Shown here: positions 39,501-52,086 of the stretch, one piece after another
How the letters are laid out: each line of letters starts with the position of its first letter
Numbering within the stretch: the first letter of the stretch is position 1
Assembly: GCF_964355755.1 (NCBI RefSeq)
Contig: NC_092672.1
Span: forward strand, 34,850,437-34,914,436
Source: Antedon mediterranea
Lineage: Eukaryota; Animalia; Echinodermata
Reading direction: 5' to 3'
Length of the DNA: 64,000 nt
Translations under genes and position numbers: made by a program
Notes under the pieces: generated by a model
The model's database searches: none
What the model saw: only the letters and a program-made list of their open reading frames with translations
Told to the model about the DNA's origin: nothing

Positions 39501-41855
39501 GTACACCATAGTCGCCATCTTGTGATAAATCACATTCATTCATATTTTCCCAAGCTCGCGCGAACCAAGGGTTCTCCTCTTTCGACACCAAACTTGGGTT
39601 AAGTGAGCTTAAATATGTTTTGAAGTTTTCGTGAATCTGTCTGGTATATTTCATTGATACGAGTCCACGGATGACGTATTTATGAGTGGTTTGAAGTTGT
39701 AGTGTTGGTTCCACGTTAGATACCCACTGGAGGTAGGACGCAGAATCTCCGACACTTGAAATGGCTTCCATTGCACACGACAAGATGGACGTGTCTTCTA
39801 AAAGAAGAACCACCACTAAAACAAACCAAAAATAATCACATAATAATGGAATAAGGATCAGAAAATTACTTTTGTGTCGATATTTTAATATAACCGTACT
39901 TGCCTTTAATATCAGAGTTTCTTAATATCTTCATAATTCCGTTTTCAAATGTGTCCTGGATCTGAGAAGTAACTCGCACTCTTTCAGCCAGGCATATTCC
40001 AGCGTCATTGGCGTTCGTCAGAAGTTTGTCAAATGTTGTCTCCATAGTTTCTGAATACATGACAGCAACATAGTTCCAATTCATGTTCCAAAGCAGATCG
40101 ACTATAACCTGCAAAAGAAACTCAGCATATTCAATAGAAACATAGAAAAATAACTTCACTTTGTCTACACTATCAAGCTGGTGATGTGCTCAAATATGGT
40201 ACTGATATGCCCAAATAGTGTAGTGATATGATATCATCATGTCCATAGGCACATTTTTTATCACATAACGTTTGATAGTGTAGAAACATAGCATTTTTAA
40301 TAGAACTGAAGCTCCCTAAGGTGGTGCAGTATTATGAGTTTAAACTTTAACCTGTGTACTCTTCATACCTGAACTTGTATCTTCTCTGATGGAGCAAGAC
40401 TGAAGAACGAACTGTGAATATCTCTATTTTCCGTGAATTCAGATGACGTAGCTTCTCCATAGACGATTAAAGGAATATTTTGATATGATAAGAGAGGAGA
40501 TACATATTGAGTTACCTCATCAATCATGGGACCAATTATTCCTGAAATAAACATAATGATTGAAAAAGAACAAGCACGTTTGACATTTTAAATTACCTTT
40601 AAGGCTCTGTCTACACTATCAAACTTTATGTGACAACAAAATGTGATGTGCCCATATGTCATCACTACCATATTTGGGCATATCACCAACACATTTGGAC
40701 ACATCACACTTTTTGGAAAACTAGTTTGATAGTGTAGACAGAGCTTTAGTTAGAGCGACATGCGGTAGGCTCGCACATAATTTGCCAGTAATAGTGGTTT
40801 AAAACGTGAATAATGTATTGTTAATATGTATACTTTTTAATTAAATTATAAGATTATTTTCTTTTTTTCTTTGTTCTATATATTTTGTATTACGATAGAA
40901 AACAAATGCTTCAAAATAAATAGCTGGATAACATGTTCTAATTTATATAACATAATGCGATTTATTTTATAATCGCTTACCTGGTCGTAGTATTACGTCA
41001 CTACATAATGACCCATTTATATTGTATAATTGATTATCGATGTAATTAAGGACATGTTGACCTCCTACTTTATGCGATGAGCAGGAATCAAACGCTTCCA
41101 AACCTGACAAAACAAAGAAAAATCCACTTTAAGAAACCATTATAACAATTATATAAGTACGACATATGACAATCAATCAGTACTTTTGTTGAAGATCTTT
41201 CGACAACATATTGGACTGAATAGGCCTTAATGGAATACTGTATTGCATAATCAAATTCAGCAGAAGGCTTACCATTTTACAATATCTATAACTCATTTAT
41301 TTTCAGTATTTGTTCGACAAAAACGTAGGTCTACTAAAGAGTAAATGAAGCTTATGACTCACAGCCAGAAGTATGGCTACAGACGTTGCAAAATAACCTT
41401 TGAACAACAAACAATAACATTCTCCAAACATTACTGTAGGCCTATTTTTGATGCGCTATTTCCTTATTTGATTCTAAAATGGGCCATTGATTTTGAAAAT
41501 ATATTGTTATCGTATCAATCAATATCAACCAATCCCTGAAATCACATACCCATCAACACATTAAATGCATTTTATGCCCATTACATTGACACTTACCTAT
41601 GCTAACTCCTGGGATTTTGGAGGCATCAGGTATATTCTTTACAGCGTAAATGGCAGCCTCCACAAGAGCGATGTTCTCCGCTATTGGTTCGCTGGAGCAG
41701 AAGTCACCATCTTTACCGAAAAATGGAAAGAGAAATCCTAGACGAACGTTACCATCTACAACACCGACCAAAGGAGATGAACACGTCTGAGACGATGTAG
41801 AAGATGACACTAAAACGCTCGCAAACAGGCTTAGTATTAGTAAAACGATTTCCAT
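33568..41855 (-). CDS. Class C GPCR (metabotropic glutamate receptor-like) with three tandem Venus-flytrap domains and a 7TM_3 domain; 13 exons, roughly 1,780 aa
   Basis: Signal peptide MEIVLLILSLFASVLVSS. Approximate exons 41855-41597, 41103-40981, 40541-40369, 40108-39904, 39815-39181, 38686-37988, 37857-37611, 37464-37297, 36983-36681, 36561-36096, 35859-34927, 34803-33791, 33703-33568. VFT motifs (G..LG..F, A..YA...IN....LP....G....D.C, W.Y, N/DPWF, IDAV) recur three times. 7TM motifs CGIRR, ALSVKIIRINR, EARFI, IFVPK. Confidence 0.9.
40160..40290. mobile_element. MITE family A copy (degenerate)
   Basis: ttgtctacactatcaa...tttgatagtgtaga. Confidence 0.7.
40603..40745. mobile_element. MITE family A copy
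   Basis: gctctgtctacactatcaaact...agtttgatagtgtagacagagct. Confidence 0.85.
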
Positions 41856-42249
41856 CCCGTTCCTGTAATAATACGGTATAAAAGATTGTTTTTCAGAAAG
41901 AGAAGTTTTCTCGGGTTGTAGAGGTTAATGCTGATTTATACACAAACACAATTGTGTTTATACAAATTCAAAAGTCAATGTACTGTTTGTTGAACCTATT
42001 GAAATAATTCAAGCCTACAAACTGTAAACATTACAATCATCAAATACAAAGAATGTAGCTTGATGCAGTAAGGTAGACAAGAGAACATTAATCACGCGGC
42101 TCATTTAAATAATTCGCATTCTCAAGCAAAGTTGTTTATAGATATGATTACTGAATGGTGGAAATATTTCACAAGGGGGCCGCAAATAAAGACAATGACG
42201 ACACGAGTTATTAAATTATTATATATCCTACATCTTAGGCTACAGTTGG

Positions 42250-42590
42250 AGCAGGGAGTTATTTCGACTCCCTGGTCGGAGCTATACTTCTTAATTTATC
42301 CAAGATCTAACCAATGAAAAAAATGATAAAAATGCTTCGCTCAGTTCAATATGCCTAGAAGTTTATTGATAAAAATATAGGCTAAATGAATTGGGATACA
42401 AATGGAGTAGCCGGGAGTTGTTATTTATAACTCCCTGGTCGGAGCTACCTTAATACATGAGTATCTATCTAACTATGGATACTATACTTATTTTATCCAA
42501 GATCTAACCAATGATAAAGACGCCTTGCTCAGTCCAATACTCCTAGGCCTAAACGTTTATTGATAAATACTATAGGCTAAAATTGGGATA
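42250..42590 (+). repeat. Imperfect ~170-190-bp tandem duplication upstream of the class C GPCR
   Basis: 'ctccctggtcggagcta...tatccaagatctaaccaatg...gtttattgataaa...tataggctaaa' occurs twice. Confidence 0.75.
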
Positions 42591-42844
42591 TGGTAATAAC
42601 AATAATATAGGAAATTCAGTTGAAGGTATGATTTAATTGTACAAACTCATTGATTCGTGAATATATTTATTGTGTGTAATAGATTCGGCTTGAAATAGCA
42701 AGGGTAAATCGTGATTTTGTTCTGTTAAATAAAGGAATTTCCAAGCTAATTCACTAGAGGTATAAATGCACTATTACATTGTGGCACTGTAGCTCCACTA
42801 ACATTCAAATTATAAAGAACACATATAGGGCCTACTAAAAATGT

Positions 42845-43045
42845 TACAAGATCGCATTATGATCATACCTATTAAAGAATACTATAAATAATTTGACACA
42901 ACCAATACATTTGGAATGGATTTACTAGTGTAGCCTTCTACAAGATCCTCTTACAAGATCGTATTATGATCATCCTTTAAATGAAGAATACAATAGATAA
43001 TGTGAAACAACCAATAGATTGGAATGGATTTACTAGTGTAGCCCA
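42845..43045 (+). repeat. ~105-bp tandem duplication
   Basis: 'ttacaagatcg.attatgatcat...ttggaatggatttactagtgtagcc' occurs twice. Confidence 0.75.
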
Positions 43046-44029
43046 CATCTTCTTTCATAAACCATTATGGGACTTCCACTCGGACACTATTTAACTATGC
43101 TTATACTGTAAACCTTAAAAATCACTTACATGAATGTAGTCTTACACATTAATTCATCCTGCCAAACTGTTCTTCTCAATCTCAACATTCAATAGGCTAA
43201 AAGCATATGGAACCGTTACAAGTCGGTGCGATGCAATAACACCGATATAAATAATAACACTTCTCTGTATCTTTTCATAGCTTTGTTTTGATTCGACAAT
43301 ACACAGCGTTGAGCACTTGTAGGGAAATTCTGAAGCCTGTGATTTCATTGTCTTTTATTGATCAATCCGCGGAACTAAGTCCTTGTGTTGATCCTATCAT
43401 AATTCAATATGCTCTTGTTTTTTTTATTACGGAATACTTAGATAAGTATATTAATACTATTAATTCTCCAAAACAAACGTCGTTTATTTTACAAGAACCG
43501 TCTAATTTTTCGCTAGTATCTTTTTATTATTATCAATATTTTTAATGTACAGTATTATACGACAAATGTGGTGTTCATTTTTCGATTTTGCTTTGTGTTT
43601 TGATGTACAGTATGTGAAAAATAATATCATTTACTTATTTGCACAAATATTCATAAACAGTAAATAAAGTACAATTATATTGCATTTATTAATAATAACT
43701 ACAATCTATATATTACACATTTAATATAAAAAAATTCTTAAGTTGATATTAATAATATTTTTTTTTACTATGGAAATGAAACACTTCAATAACACACAGT
43801 GCAAAGTGCTACAATCTGTACAATTAGAACTAATTAATAAACTCCCAAAAAAGAAAAGAAATTAAAGTAAATATTTTATGAAAAAATAATATTAACGCTA
43901 GACCTAACCGTCAGTGTAAATATTAGCAATAGCAAAGGGTCAAGATAGCTAACTATAAAAAGTAAATCCATGACCTAGTTATGCAGCTCACAAATTCTAA
44001 TGCATAAGTATAGTGTGCAGCATATTACT

Positions 44030-44443
44030 ACAGATAACTCCCAGCAAGGATGGTACCCATTTATACACCTGGGTGAAGAGAAACACGGACACAAATAAAC
44101 TGTATTGTAAAAAGATACAAAGGAAGTCCCATCACCATCCACTGCATCAATATAATACCACATTTATATAGCGTTCTTTTCATGAGTAATCATGCTCAAA
44201 GGCGCTGTACATTATTACCCCAGTCATTTTTTAGATCAAACACGTATGGAAACATACTCCCATAATGCAGCCAGTAATCAGCGCAAAGTTGTGTCTTGAT
44301 CGAACCCATTTAATACACCTGGATGAGGCAAATGTAAGTAAAGTGCCTTGACTAAGTATACAAGCAATGTGGCGAGAGTTGGATTCAAACAGCAACCTCA
44401 CGATCGGTACTCCAGCGTCCAACACACTGCGCCACACGCTCTC
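44030..44443 (-). mobile_element. tRNA-derived SINE family B (CORE-like) plus adjacent fragment
   Basis: Minus-strand head gagagcgtgtggcgcagtgtgttggacg, 'tcaaggcacttt', 'caggtgta..aaatggg', L2-like tail 'cgctatataaatg'; homologous to 14740-14978. Confidence 0.7.
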
Positions 44444-44809
44444 ACAACTGACGTCTTTATCATAATAAAGATTGAAGAAAAACACTAAATCACTCTACGA
44501 TAATAATTAATATGTGACCATAAATAGAAGTATGCTTTGAACTACTATAGTTTTTTCTTCAGCGAGTTCCCCTTTTTTCACTATCAACATCATACAGTAG
44601 AACAACACTAGGTTGCCAGCTTGTTCAACTCTTATCCAAAAGTTCTTTTTACATATTTATATTTATCTGGTAATTTCCAAAAGTTTTAATAACCCATTCT
44701 TTGGTTTCTATGTAACTTTGTACAGCAATAATACAAAAAATATATACTTTTAAAATGCTTTCCTAAATCTACTATATTTTTTTTTACAGACAAGGTATTT
44801 TATTTTATG

Positions 44810-45055
44810 AATAAATGTTAAATATAATAGCAGATTTGTGTTCTACATTTACATGATTTTTAATACTTTCAATTTAAATTAGTGACAAAATTCATAAATG
44901 TTATAGAATTCTGATTTCCTACATAAAATATATTTTTTCGGCTTGAATTCATTTGACTAAATGTTAAATGTTATAACAGATTTGTGTTCTAAATTTACAT
45001 GATTTTAATACTTTAAATTTAAATTAGTTGGCAAAATTCATAAAGAATTCTGATT
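44810..45055 (+). repeat. ~150-bp AT-rich tandem duplication
   Basis: 'cagatttgtgttcta.atttacatgatttt...tttaaattagt...caaaattcataaa' occurs twice. Confidence 0.7.
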
Positions 45056-45405
45056 TATCGTCTGTTGTTGTCATGTCTTTGACAGAATTAATTCAATGGA
45101 CTACACATAAATACAGAAATACTATTGGTTACAACTTTATGAATATATTAATTGTAGAATATATTTTATGCACATTTCAATAATGGAATGTTTGCAATCC
45201 TAATGTTTAATTCATTAGGGTAAATTATCTGCATATTACAGATTGTGTGATTGGGTAAAATACTAGTCCATCACTAGTTAATACAACTCATTTTATTGGT
45301 GAATTTATCTTACAATCTAAATTACTTACGACTCATACGATTGGTTATAAAAAAGATGAATGGACAATTCTTAAAATTCAGCTTCATTAGACATCAATGT
45401 TAGGA

Positions 45406-48400
45406 TTAGTAATGGTCTGGATGAGGAGGCTACAATAAAACATACAGTTACTGTATTAAGATGTTTAAAAACTCTATTATTAGGATAAAACATCAGTACA
45501 AGTTGTACGAGTACAATAACTAAGTAATAAAGACTCTCCCAATACCAGACACCTTTGGGCTGGCCTAACATTGTCTAGTTTTCGAATATGTTTTTAATGG
45601 TAAAACTTAATTTGGGACCTTTTGGACCACCAGAAAAGTCTGGTTTTGGGAGAGTTTCTGAAAGTCAAGTATTGGGAGAATTGTGAATGTACTAGACTCA
45701 CCTTTTTAACTCTTGAATGTGTCTTATTCGACGTCTGCCTTCTTCCGTTTACTGACAATGGCTCTTCATTTGTGTCAAGGGTCACCGATCTTGAGCTGAC
45801 ATGGTGGCTAAAAATTAGAAATAAAAATACATTTATTTTTGGTATTTTAAAAAAGAACTATTAACTCATGGATATTCAAAACCAGATGAACATTTTTAAT
45901 CACATTTATAGAATTTGCAATTGTCACTAAAATTATTTCTATGTTTTTTCTGTTAATTACTTTGAGACAGGAAAACAAATTGACTGCATATTCAAAAGAT
46001 ACCTCGTTCTCGCATTCCTTGCATGCTGGTCATGTGACCTATGACGAACTGGGTGGACATCACCATCCTTTTGGGGCTTTGTTCCATTAGCTGTGTAATT
46101 GACCGTTTTTTGCCGCTGGGCCTTTTCAGTGAATCTCCTTACTTGGTCCGCATGATTTTCAGTTTTTTCACTGGGGCTGTATGGTTCTGAAGATATTTTT
46201 CTAGTTCTTGAAGGCTTCTTCTCAACTAAAAATTTAAAAATTTGTACTTGGATCAACAAAAAATACATTTATTAACATTATTTAACTAATAGATGCACTG
46301 ATTATGTTTAACATAGCTGTTATTTAATTTCATCAATTTAAACATTTTCATATTTTTTCCTTAATCTGGATGATGATGCATTGTGGGAAAATATGCACTC
46401 ACCTTTTAGCTCTTTACCTGAATAGTTAGCAGGTATTTCGTTTCTGTTAGATCCATATATATTGACTGATGCACCGTTCCGAATGCCTGCTCCTCCACTC
46501 CTATTGGCTGGTGCTCGCACTCTGTTAGCCGGGGCTGCAGTTCTGTTGGCTGGCACAGTACTTCTATTTTTTGGTTGATAAATCTGATCTTGTCGTCCAT
46601 CTTGTGAGCCAAATGATTTATACAGATCTTTATTTCCGTGCGAAGTGTTTCTTGAAGATGAAACTGTATAAACAAGTATAGTTATCATGTCAGTATAATA
46701 TTTATCTTTCATTTATTTATTTTTTTAAAATTTAATCTTATTTATAGAGGACGATCTTAAAATGCTGAATATCAAGGGGCCCTCATATTAAACAAACATG
46801 GTAAATATAACACAAATCAAAGTTAAAGTTTAAGCAGTTTAATAATAGGCTTAGTCATGTTGGAATATGAAAACAAAGTAATACACTTAAAATTAATCAA
46901 TCTCTTCAAAAATAGGAAGGCCAAAGTTGTAAGATTTAGAGGGGACTACTCCTTTTGAATTCCTGCTCTAAGGCCAGACTAGTTAGGCCTGCATCCTAGC
47001 ATACCCTGAATGGTACTTCAGATTCAGAGATTCAGATTCGATTTATTAAGTCATTCATACATAGCATAATGATAATTGTTTTCTTGGCAGAAAAACACAA
47101 ACAAAACAATACACACATAATATTTACATTCATTATCAACATGGAACTAACAACAACAACTGATCAAGCAAAATAAAATACAACAGACCTAATGACCTAT
47201 CTTTGAAAATCATTGTTGTGTAGTCTAATAGCGCTAGGTAAGAATGAAAATTCATGTCTACTAGCCCATCTGACGAAAATGATTTGATAACATAGTGAAC
47301 ATAAGCTCTGTTTACACTATCGAACTAGTTTGACAAAAAAAAAGTGTGATGTGCCCAAATATGGTAGCGATATGCCCAAATATGGTAGTGATTGTCATCA
47401 TCATGTCCATATATAGGCACATCACATAAAGTTTGATAGTGTAGACAGAGCTTAATAATCACAAGTTCGTTAGAAGTGTGATGAGGGCTACAGAACCCAA
47501 ATTCCCAAACGTTGTGTAATGAGATACTTCTTACAATCATAATTACTTGTTTTCTTGTGTACAGGTGAAGGAAATGCTTCAGAATTAGTAAACGTATCAA
47601 CATCATCATTAAACGATGGAATTTCAGAATTTATGTCATCATCATCATCAAGAAATGGTTGAAATCTTCCCTGAGCTTGCATTGACGACTCTACACAGTG
47701 AAACACAAATTTGGGTTATTAGAACAATAATGAAATATATAGTAATTTTCATTCATTGTAAAAGAGACACGCCTTGGGGAGACACGCCCTTTTGCGATAG
47801 TTGTCTTTGACAGCTCTTGTCTCTCCTCAGTGTTCCCTTTTTATATTTCACTGAAAGGAATAAATAAATAAACGTACTGTATATACTGTATACAGTACAT
47901 TACAGTACATAGGCCTACTGCTCAGACAATCAACTTACTGAGACGTAATGTACACAAGATAAACCTAAAATGGTTGCAACAATACTTACGACTAGATGAC
48001 TGTTTCATTTCATGAGCTTTCCTGGTGGAATTTCCATAGGCGTGTGTTATATGGGAACCACTCATGGACGAAAAGTTGGAAGAAGAATACTTGCTAACAG
48101 GCGAGGGCAGTAGACTGGCATCTTGTTGATATGGCAAATGATTACTTCTGGATCTGGTTGCCACGCCTGCAAAAACAAAACAAAGTGTTTTCTTAACAGT
48201 TTATTTTCACGAAACTAAAGTGTGATGTGCTAAAATATGGTAGTGATATGGGAACATCACATTTTTTTTCCACATAAAGTTTGATAGTGTAGATAGAGCT
48301 TTAGATGTCATATCACTACCATATTTGGGCACATCACACTTTTTTTCGTCAAACTAGTTTGATAGTGTAGACAGAACTTAACACTCAATGGGATCGAAGA

Positions 48401-51400
48401 GGGTTGAGAGAGTAAAGTGATAAGTGTATGTGTACCATCAAACTTTATGAATAACCTCTTTATTACTTTACAAGCTTACTTACTATCATATAACGGATTC
48501 TTCTTTGTGACCAGCTTCGGCCTACTGTTTGCCATCATGATGTTGCTAGGGTCAAGAGGGTGGTTGTTGTGTTCGGACGGTAACGGTGTTGTTGTCCTGT
48601 TCTTGTCACACGTAGGCTGGGGAAATATTATAACATTTAGTTTTAATGAATGTAACAAAAAACTATTAGTTTAAAATGATGTTTTTTATGGTTTACAGTA
48701 AATACTTACCTGATGGAATGCTATACTATCAGCTGGTAACAATACATTACAAAATTCACAAGGTAACATTGCCACTTCTTCGTCGGCAAATCTAAATATA
48801 ATACCAAATAGAGATTGGTGAACTTAAACATACTTAACAGGATTGACTTTAAGCTCTGTCTACACTATCAAACTCTATGTGACCAAACATGTGATGTGCC
48901 CATATATGGACATGATGATGTCATATCACTACCATATTTTGGCATATCACTACCATATTTGAGTTCACCACACTTTTTGTAAAACTAGTTTGATAGTGTA
49001 GACAGAGCTTTAGAGAGAGATGGAATTGAATTCACACAAGCAGCTAGTTTCATTAGAGTAAACTCACCTATCAGGTTCAAAACTAACAGACGGTGGAGGG
49101 GATGGAATTCGTAAAGGAGGAGGCCCTCTACTGATCAATCTATCGCGACTCTGTCTTGACTCTCTTGGACGCTGGTCAAACTGACAACCAGACTGAAAGG
49201 AAGAAAATAGTGGTACATACAATTAATATTTGATGCATACATTTTTGTAAGTTAACAAGGTATACTTTTTTTTTCATTTTATGTGTTTTAATTATTATTA
49301 TTTGCACTTATTTATATGGTATATATTCACTTACTTGGTGTAATATTAGGTCTTGGGCTGGAACTGGTTTACCACAAAACTCACATGGTAGCTTTGTACC
49401 ATCATCCTGCTCTGAAATCGGAGTAAAATGTATTTTGATTGATTTGACTTTAATTTATTTGGAAACTTATTATAAAAATGACATACAAAGTGAAAATACT
49501 GACATTACTAATAACTGCATTGATAAAAGATTTTCCAGAAAAAAAGCTTATTAGCTTATGTCCGTTGGGAAATGAACTTTTCAGAGTATAATGCATACCA
49601 TTGGATAAATGACTCAATTAGATGGTTAGATCTAGAAGGTACTATGTATCATTAGTATGAAAGCCAAGAGATGCCACCATGATTGTGGCATGATAAAGTA
49701 TAAAAGCTATGAGGTGCCACCATGATTGTGGCATGATAAAGTATAAAAGCTATGAGGTGCCACCATGATTGTGGCATGATAAAGTATAAAAGCTATGAGG
49801 TGCCACCATGATTGTGGCATGATAAAGTATAAAAGCTATGAGGTGCAACTAACGTACCTGCTGAATCATGTACATCTAAATATCTGGCTGCCGCAACAGG
49901 AGGGTCTGGAATGGTATAAGCTTCTTTTAACATAGTATCGATATCACTTTCAAATACTGCCGCTCCTCGGACATCCCTCTCTTTTGAAAGGTCCTGAGCA
50001 AGGTGTCTTGTTAAGAAATCCATCTCACTTGGGTTGGACAGTCTGTTCTGTGACCTATGACCTGCAACAAAATTGATTCATTAAGGAATGCACAAGGTGT
50101 AGAAAAAGATATAAGCTTGGTTTCCGCTAGGACACAACGCAAAGGCTTAAGAGCAACGGAAGTAATTTTATTTAAACTATTGCGTGTCATTGGTCAATTT
50201 ACTTGTGTTGTGCATACGTCCTTGCGTTGCATTCTAGTGGAAAGCAATCTTTAACTGGTAATGTTTGTGTATAATTAAAATTATAATTTATTCAACTTAT
50301 AATTATCTATCAATGTTTTGATTTTTTTTTAAATATAAAATGCTTAGAATAACAATTTTAAAAACCTTTTCTGTTGTCTGGCTTGCTTTTTTCTCCTAAA
50401 AGATTTTGCACACGTGACTTATTCTTTCCATGTTTCCGTTCATCAGTATTACGTGGAACATAAACCGGAGGGGATACTGTTCGACTATCAAACATACCAA
50501 AGTTTTCGGTAATGTTAAACCCACTATCGAAATGCTGCGGTGCTCCAAATCGTCCATCTGCCTGGTAACCCAACAAGAACGCCTGATTGTCATGAAGTTT
50601 ATTGTGCGTTGTTGACACTGGGGGCGCTTGCTCCGGAAGAGAACAAGCTGAGTTCTCATGAATCTCTCTGTCTTTAATGCAGATGTAGCGGCTGCATATT
50701 GGACATGGTTCCGTTCTGCTTCCACAGAAGTCTTCATGAGAGAATAAGTCTTTGACTGCCATGTCCATCTCACAGAATTTACACATTTTCATGCGTAGAT
50801 TGCATTCATCTTTCTATTAAGAAAAAATAATGTAATTAAAACATGTAATAATTATTCTATACACATTTAATTCATATCTTAATAATGTTAATAATAATTA
50901 TTTAAATATAATATATTTAGTTATGGCCAATTATATATTTTAAAATTGTGCATACCTTGTGGTCTTCTAGATTTTGTTTTTCAACTTTTTCGCCACACTC
51001 ACAATTCACCTGAAAATATTCAACAAGATTATAGTCACAGTTGGGTTGTATGCGAAATAAAATATTTCCCGAAACCAGAATAGCAGCTATAAGCAGGCCC
51101 GTATCCAGGGGGGGGGGGGTGCGTTGGGTGCAGACGCACCCCCCCCCCCAAGTCCCAAAAGGTCCACTATTTCCTCGATTGGTATTTTTTTTTGTCTTGT
51201 TTAACTAAAGACAATATCATTATATATATACAAAATTTACATTATCAATGGTATACAAACAAAAATATGCTAATATAAAATGAAAAAATACCGGTAATTA
51301 AATTACGGAATCTGAACTGACTACAAACTCGATGTAAAACATGCGCAGTCGATCATGTGACGACAAGCAATAGCTTAGCGCATCATGTACGCGGTACGCG

Positions 51401-52086
51401 GTAAAGTGTTTGCTGGAAATACAGACAACTTAACCGGCGGTAAAGACGTGTCTGGAAATACAGACACTATCGACGCTGTCTGAGTTGGCCTCATCATGAA
51501 AGCGTTAAGTTTTGGTGTCCATCGTTCAACTAGCCCAAGCCACAACAGAGAGTCTTAAATCAGTCTTTAGAACGTCAAATAACGCAAATTTTGCCAGGGC
51601 CTTCGTCCCCTAGACCCTGACCGGGGGCCCTTGGCGGCCCCCTGGCCCCCAGCCATTGTTGCTCGCTTCGCTCGCACCCCCCCATTATAAATGCTGCATA
51701 CGGGCCTGTATAAGATATACATATACATTACCTTGGCGTGAACCTCTTCAAAATGTTGTTCCATTTGCCTGTGAGGTACAGTTTCACCGCAGTGTTTACA
51801 GAGCGAAATATTTCTGGAGCAGTGAGATTGGTGCATGATGAAATTTTTGGCTGGAATATCCCGCTTGCTGAAAAAAATACAGATTAGTAAATTGTTTAAT
51901 GAAAATATGAGAAGATTGTTAACATTTTAATAATTCTACTGCATGATTGGATCTGGAAGATTTCAAAATATATAAAATCTTCATTCATTGAGTCAACTGC
52001 TACTGTTGAAATCCAATTTTACTACAAAATAATTGAACAAAAATACTATACCAGTTGCTGCAGTGTTTTGTTTCTTCTTCAGCCAT
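45406..52086 (-). CDS. TRAFD1: TRAF-type zinc-finger protein (TRAFD1/FLN29 - XAF1 family), multi-exon
   Basis: Spliced N-terminus MAEEETKHCSNC|KRDIPAKNFIMHQSHCSRNISLCKHCGE...H|VNCECG..|CNLRMKMCKFCEM...HEDFCGSRTEPCPICSRY. Two LPCEFC motifs (~49395-49378 and ~48768-48751). Low-complexity C-terminal exons. Last exon (PPHPDHY*, 45429-45406) is uncertain. Confidence 0.8.
47016..47290 (-). mobile_element. 3' fragment of a Rex1/Babar-CR1-like LINE
   Basis: Minus-strand reading ASRHEFSFLPSAIRLHNNDFQR*, then 3' UTR, AATAAA and (gaatct)n tail. Confidence 0.6.
47304..47452. mobile_element. MITE family A copy
   Basis: agctctgtttacactatc...gatagtgtagacagagct. Confidence 0.85.
48218..48378. mobile_element. 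Two abutting partial MITE family A copies
   Basis: Two successive right-hand TIRs (gatagtgtagatagagct ~48300; gatagtgtagacagaact ~48378). Confidence 0.7.
48852..49009. mobile_element. MITE family A copy (near full length)
   Basis: TTA|agctctgtctacactatcaaact...agtttgatagtgtagacagagct|TTA. Confidence 0.88.
49673..49844 (+). repeat. Perfect 43-bp x4 minisatellite with an internal hairpin
   Basis: gccaccatgattgtggcatgataaagtataaaagctatgaggt x4; stem tgccac/gtggca. Confidence 0.92.
51094..51708. mobile_element. hAT-like non-autonomous element
   Basis: TATAAG|caggcccgtat...atacgggcctg|TATAAG; G/C-run subterminal hairpin. Confidence 0.75.

Noticed and set aside
33568-41855. Three separate tandem mGluR-like genes or pseudogenes
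   Set aside because: Only one signal peptide and one 7TM; single open exons bridge consecutive VFTs.
45371-45574. Hydrophobic last exon giving the TRAFD1-like protein a membrane anchor
   Set aside because: Weak acceptor; a better polypyrimidine acceptor at 45430 gives a short soluble tail. Unresolved without transcripts.
49673-49844. CRISPR-like palindromic repeat array
   Set aside because: Units are fully identical with no unique spacers, there are no cas genes, and the context is a eukaryotic intron: a minisatellite.
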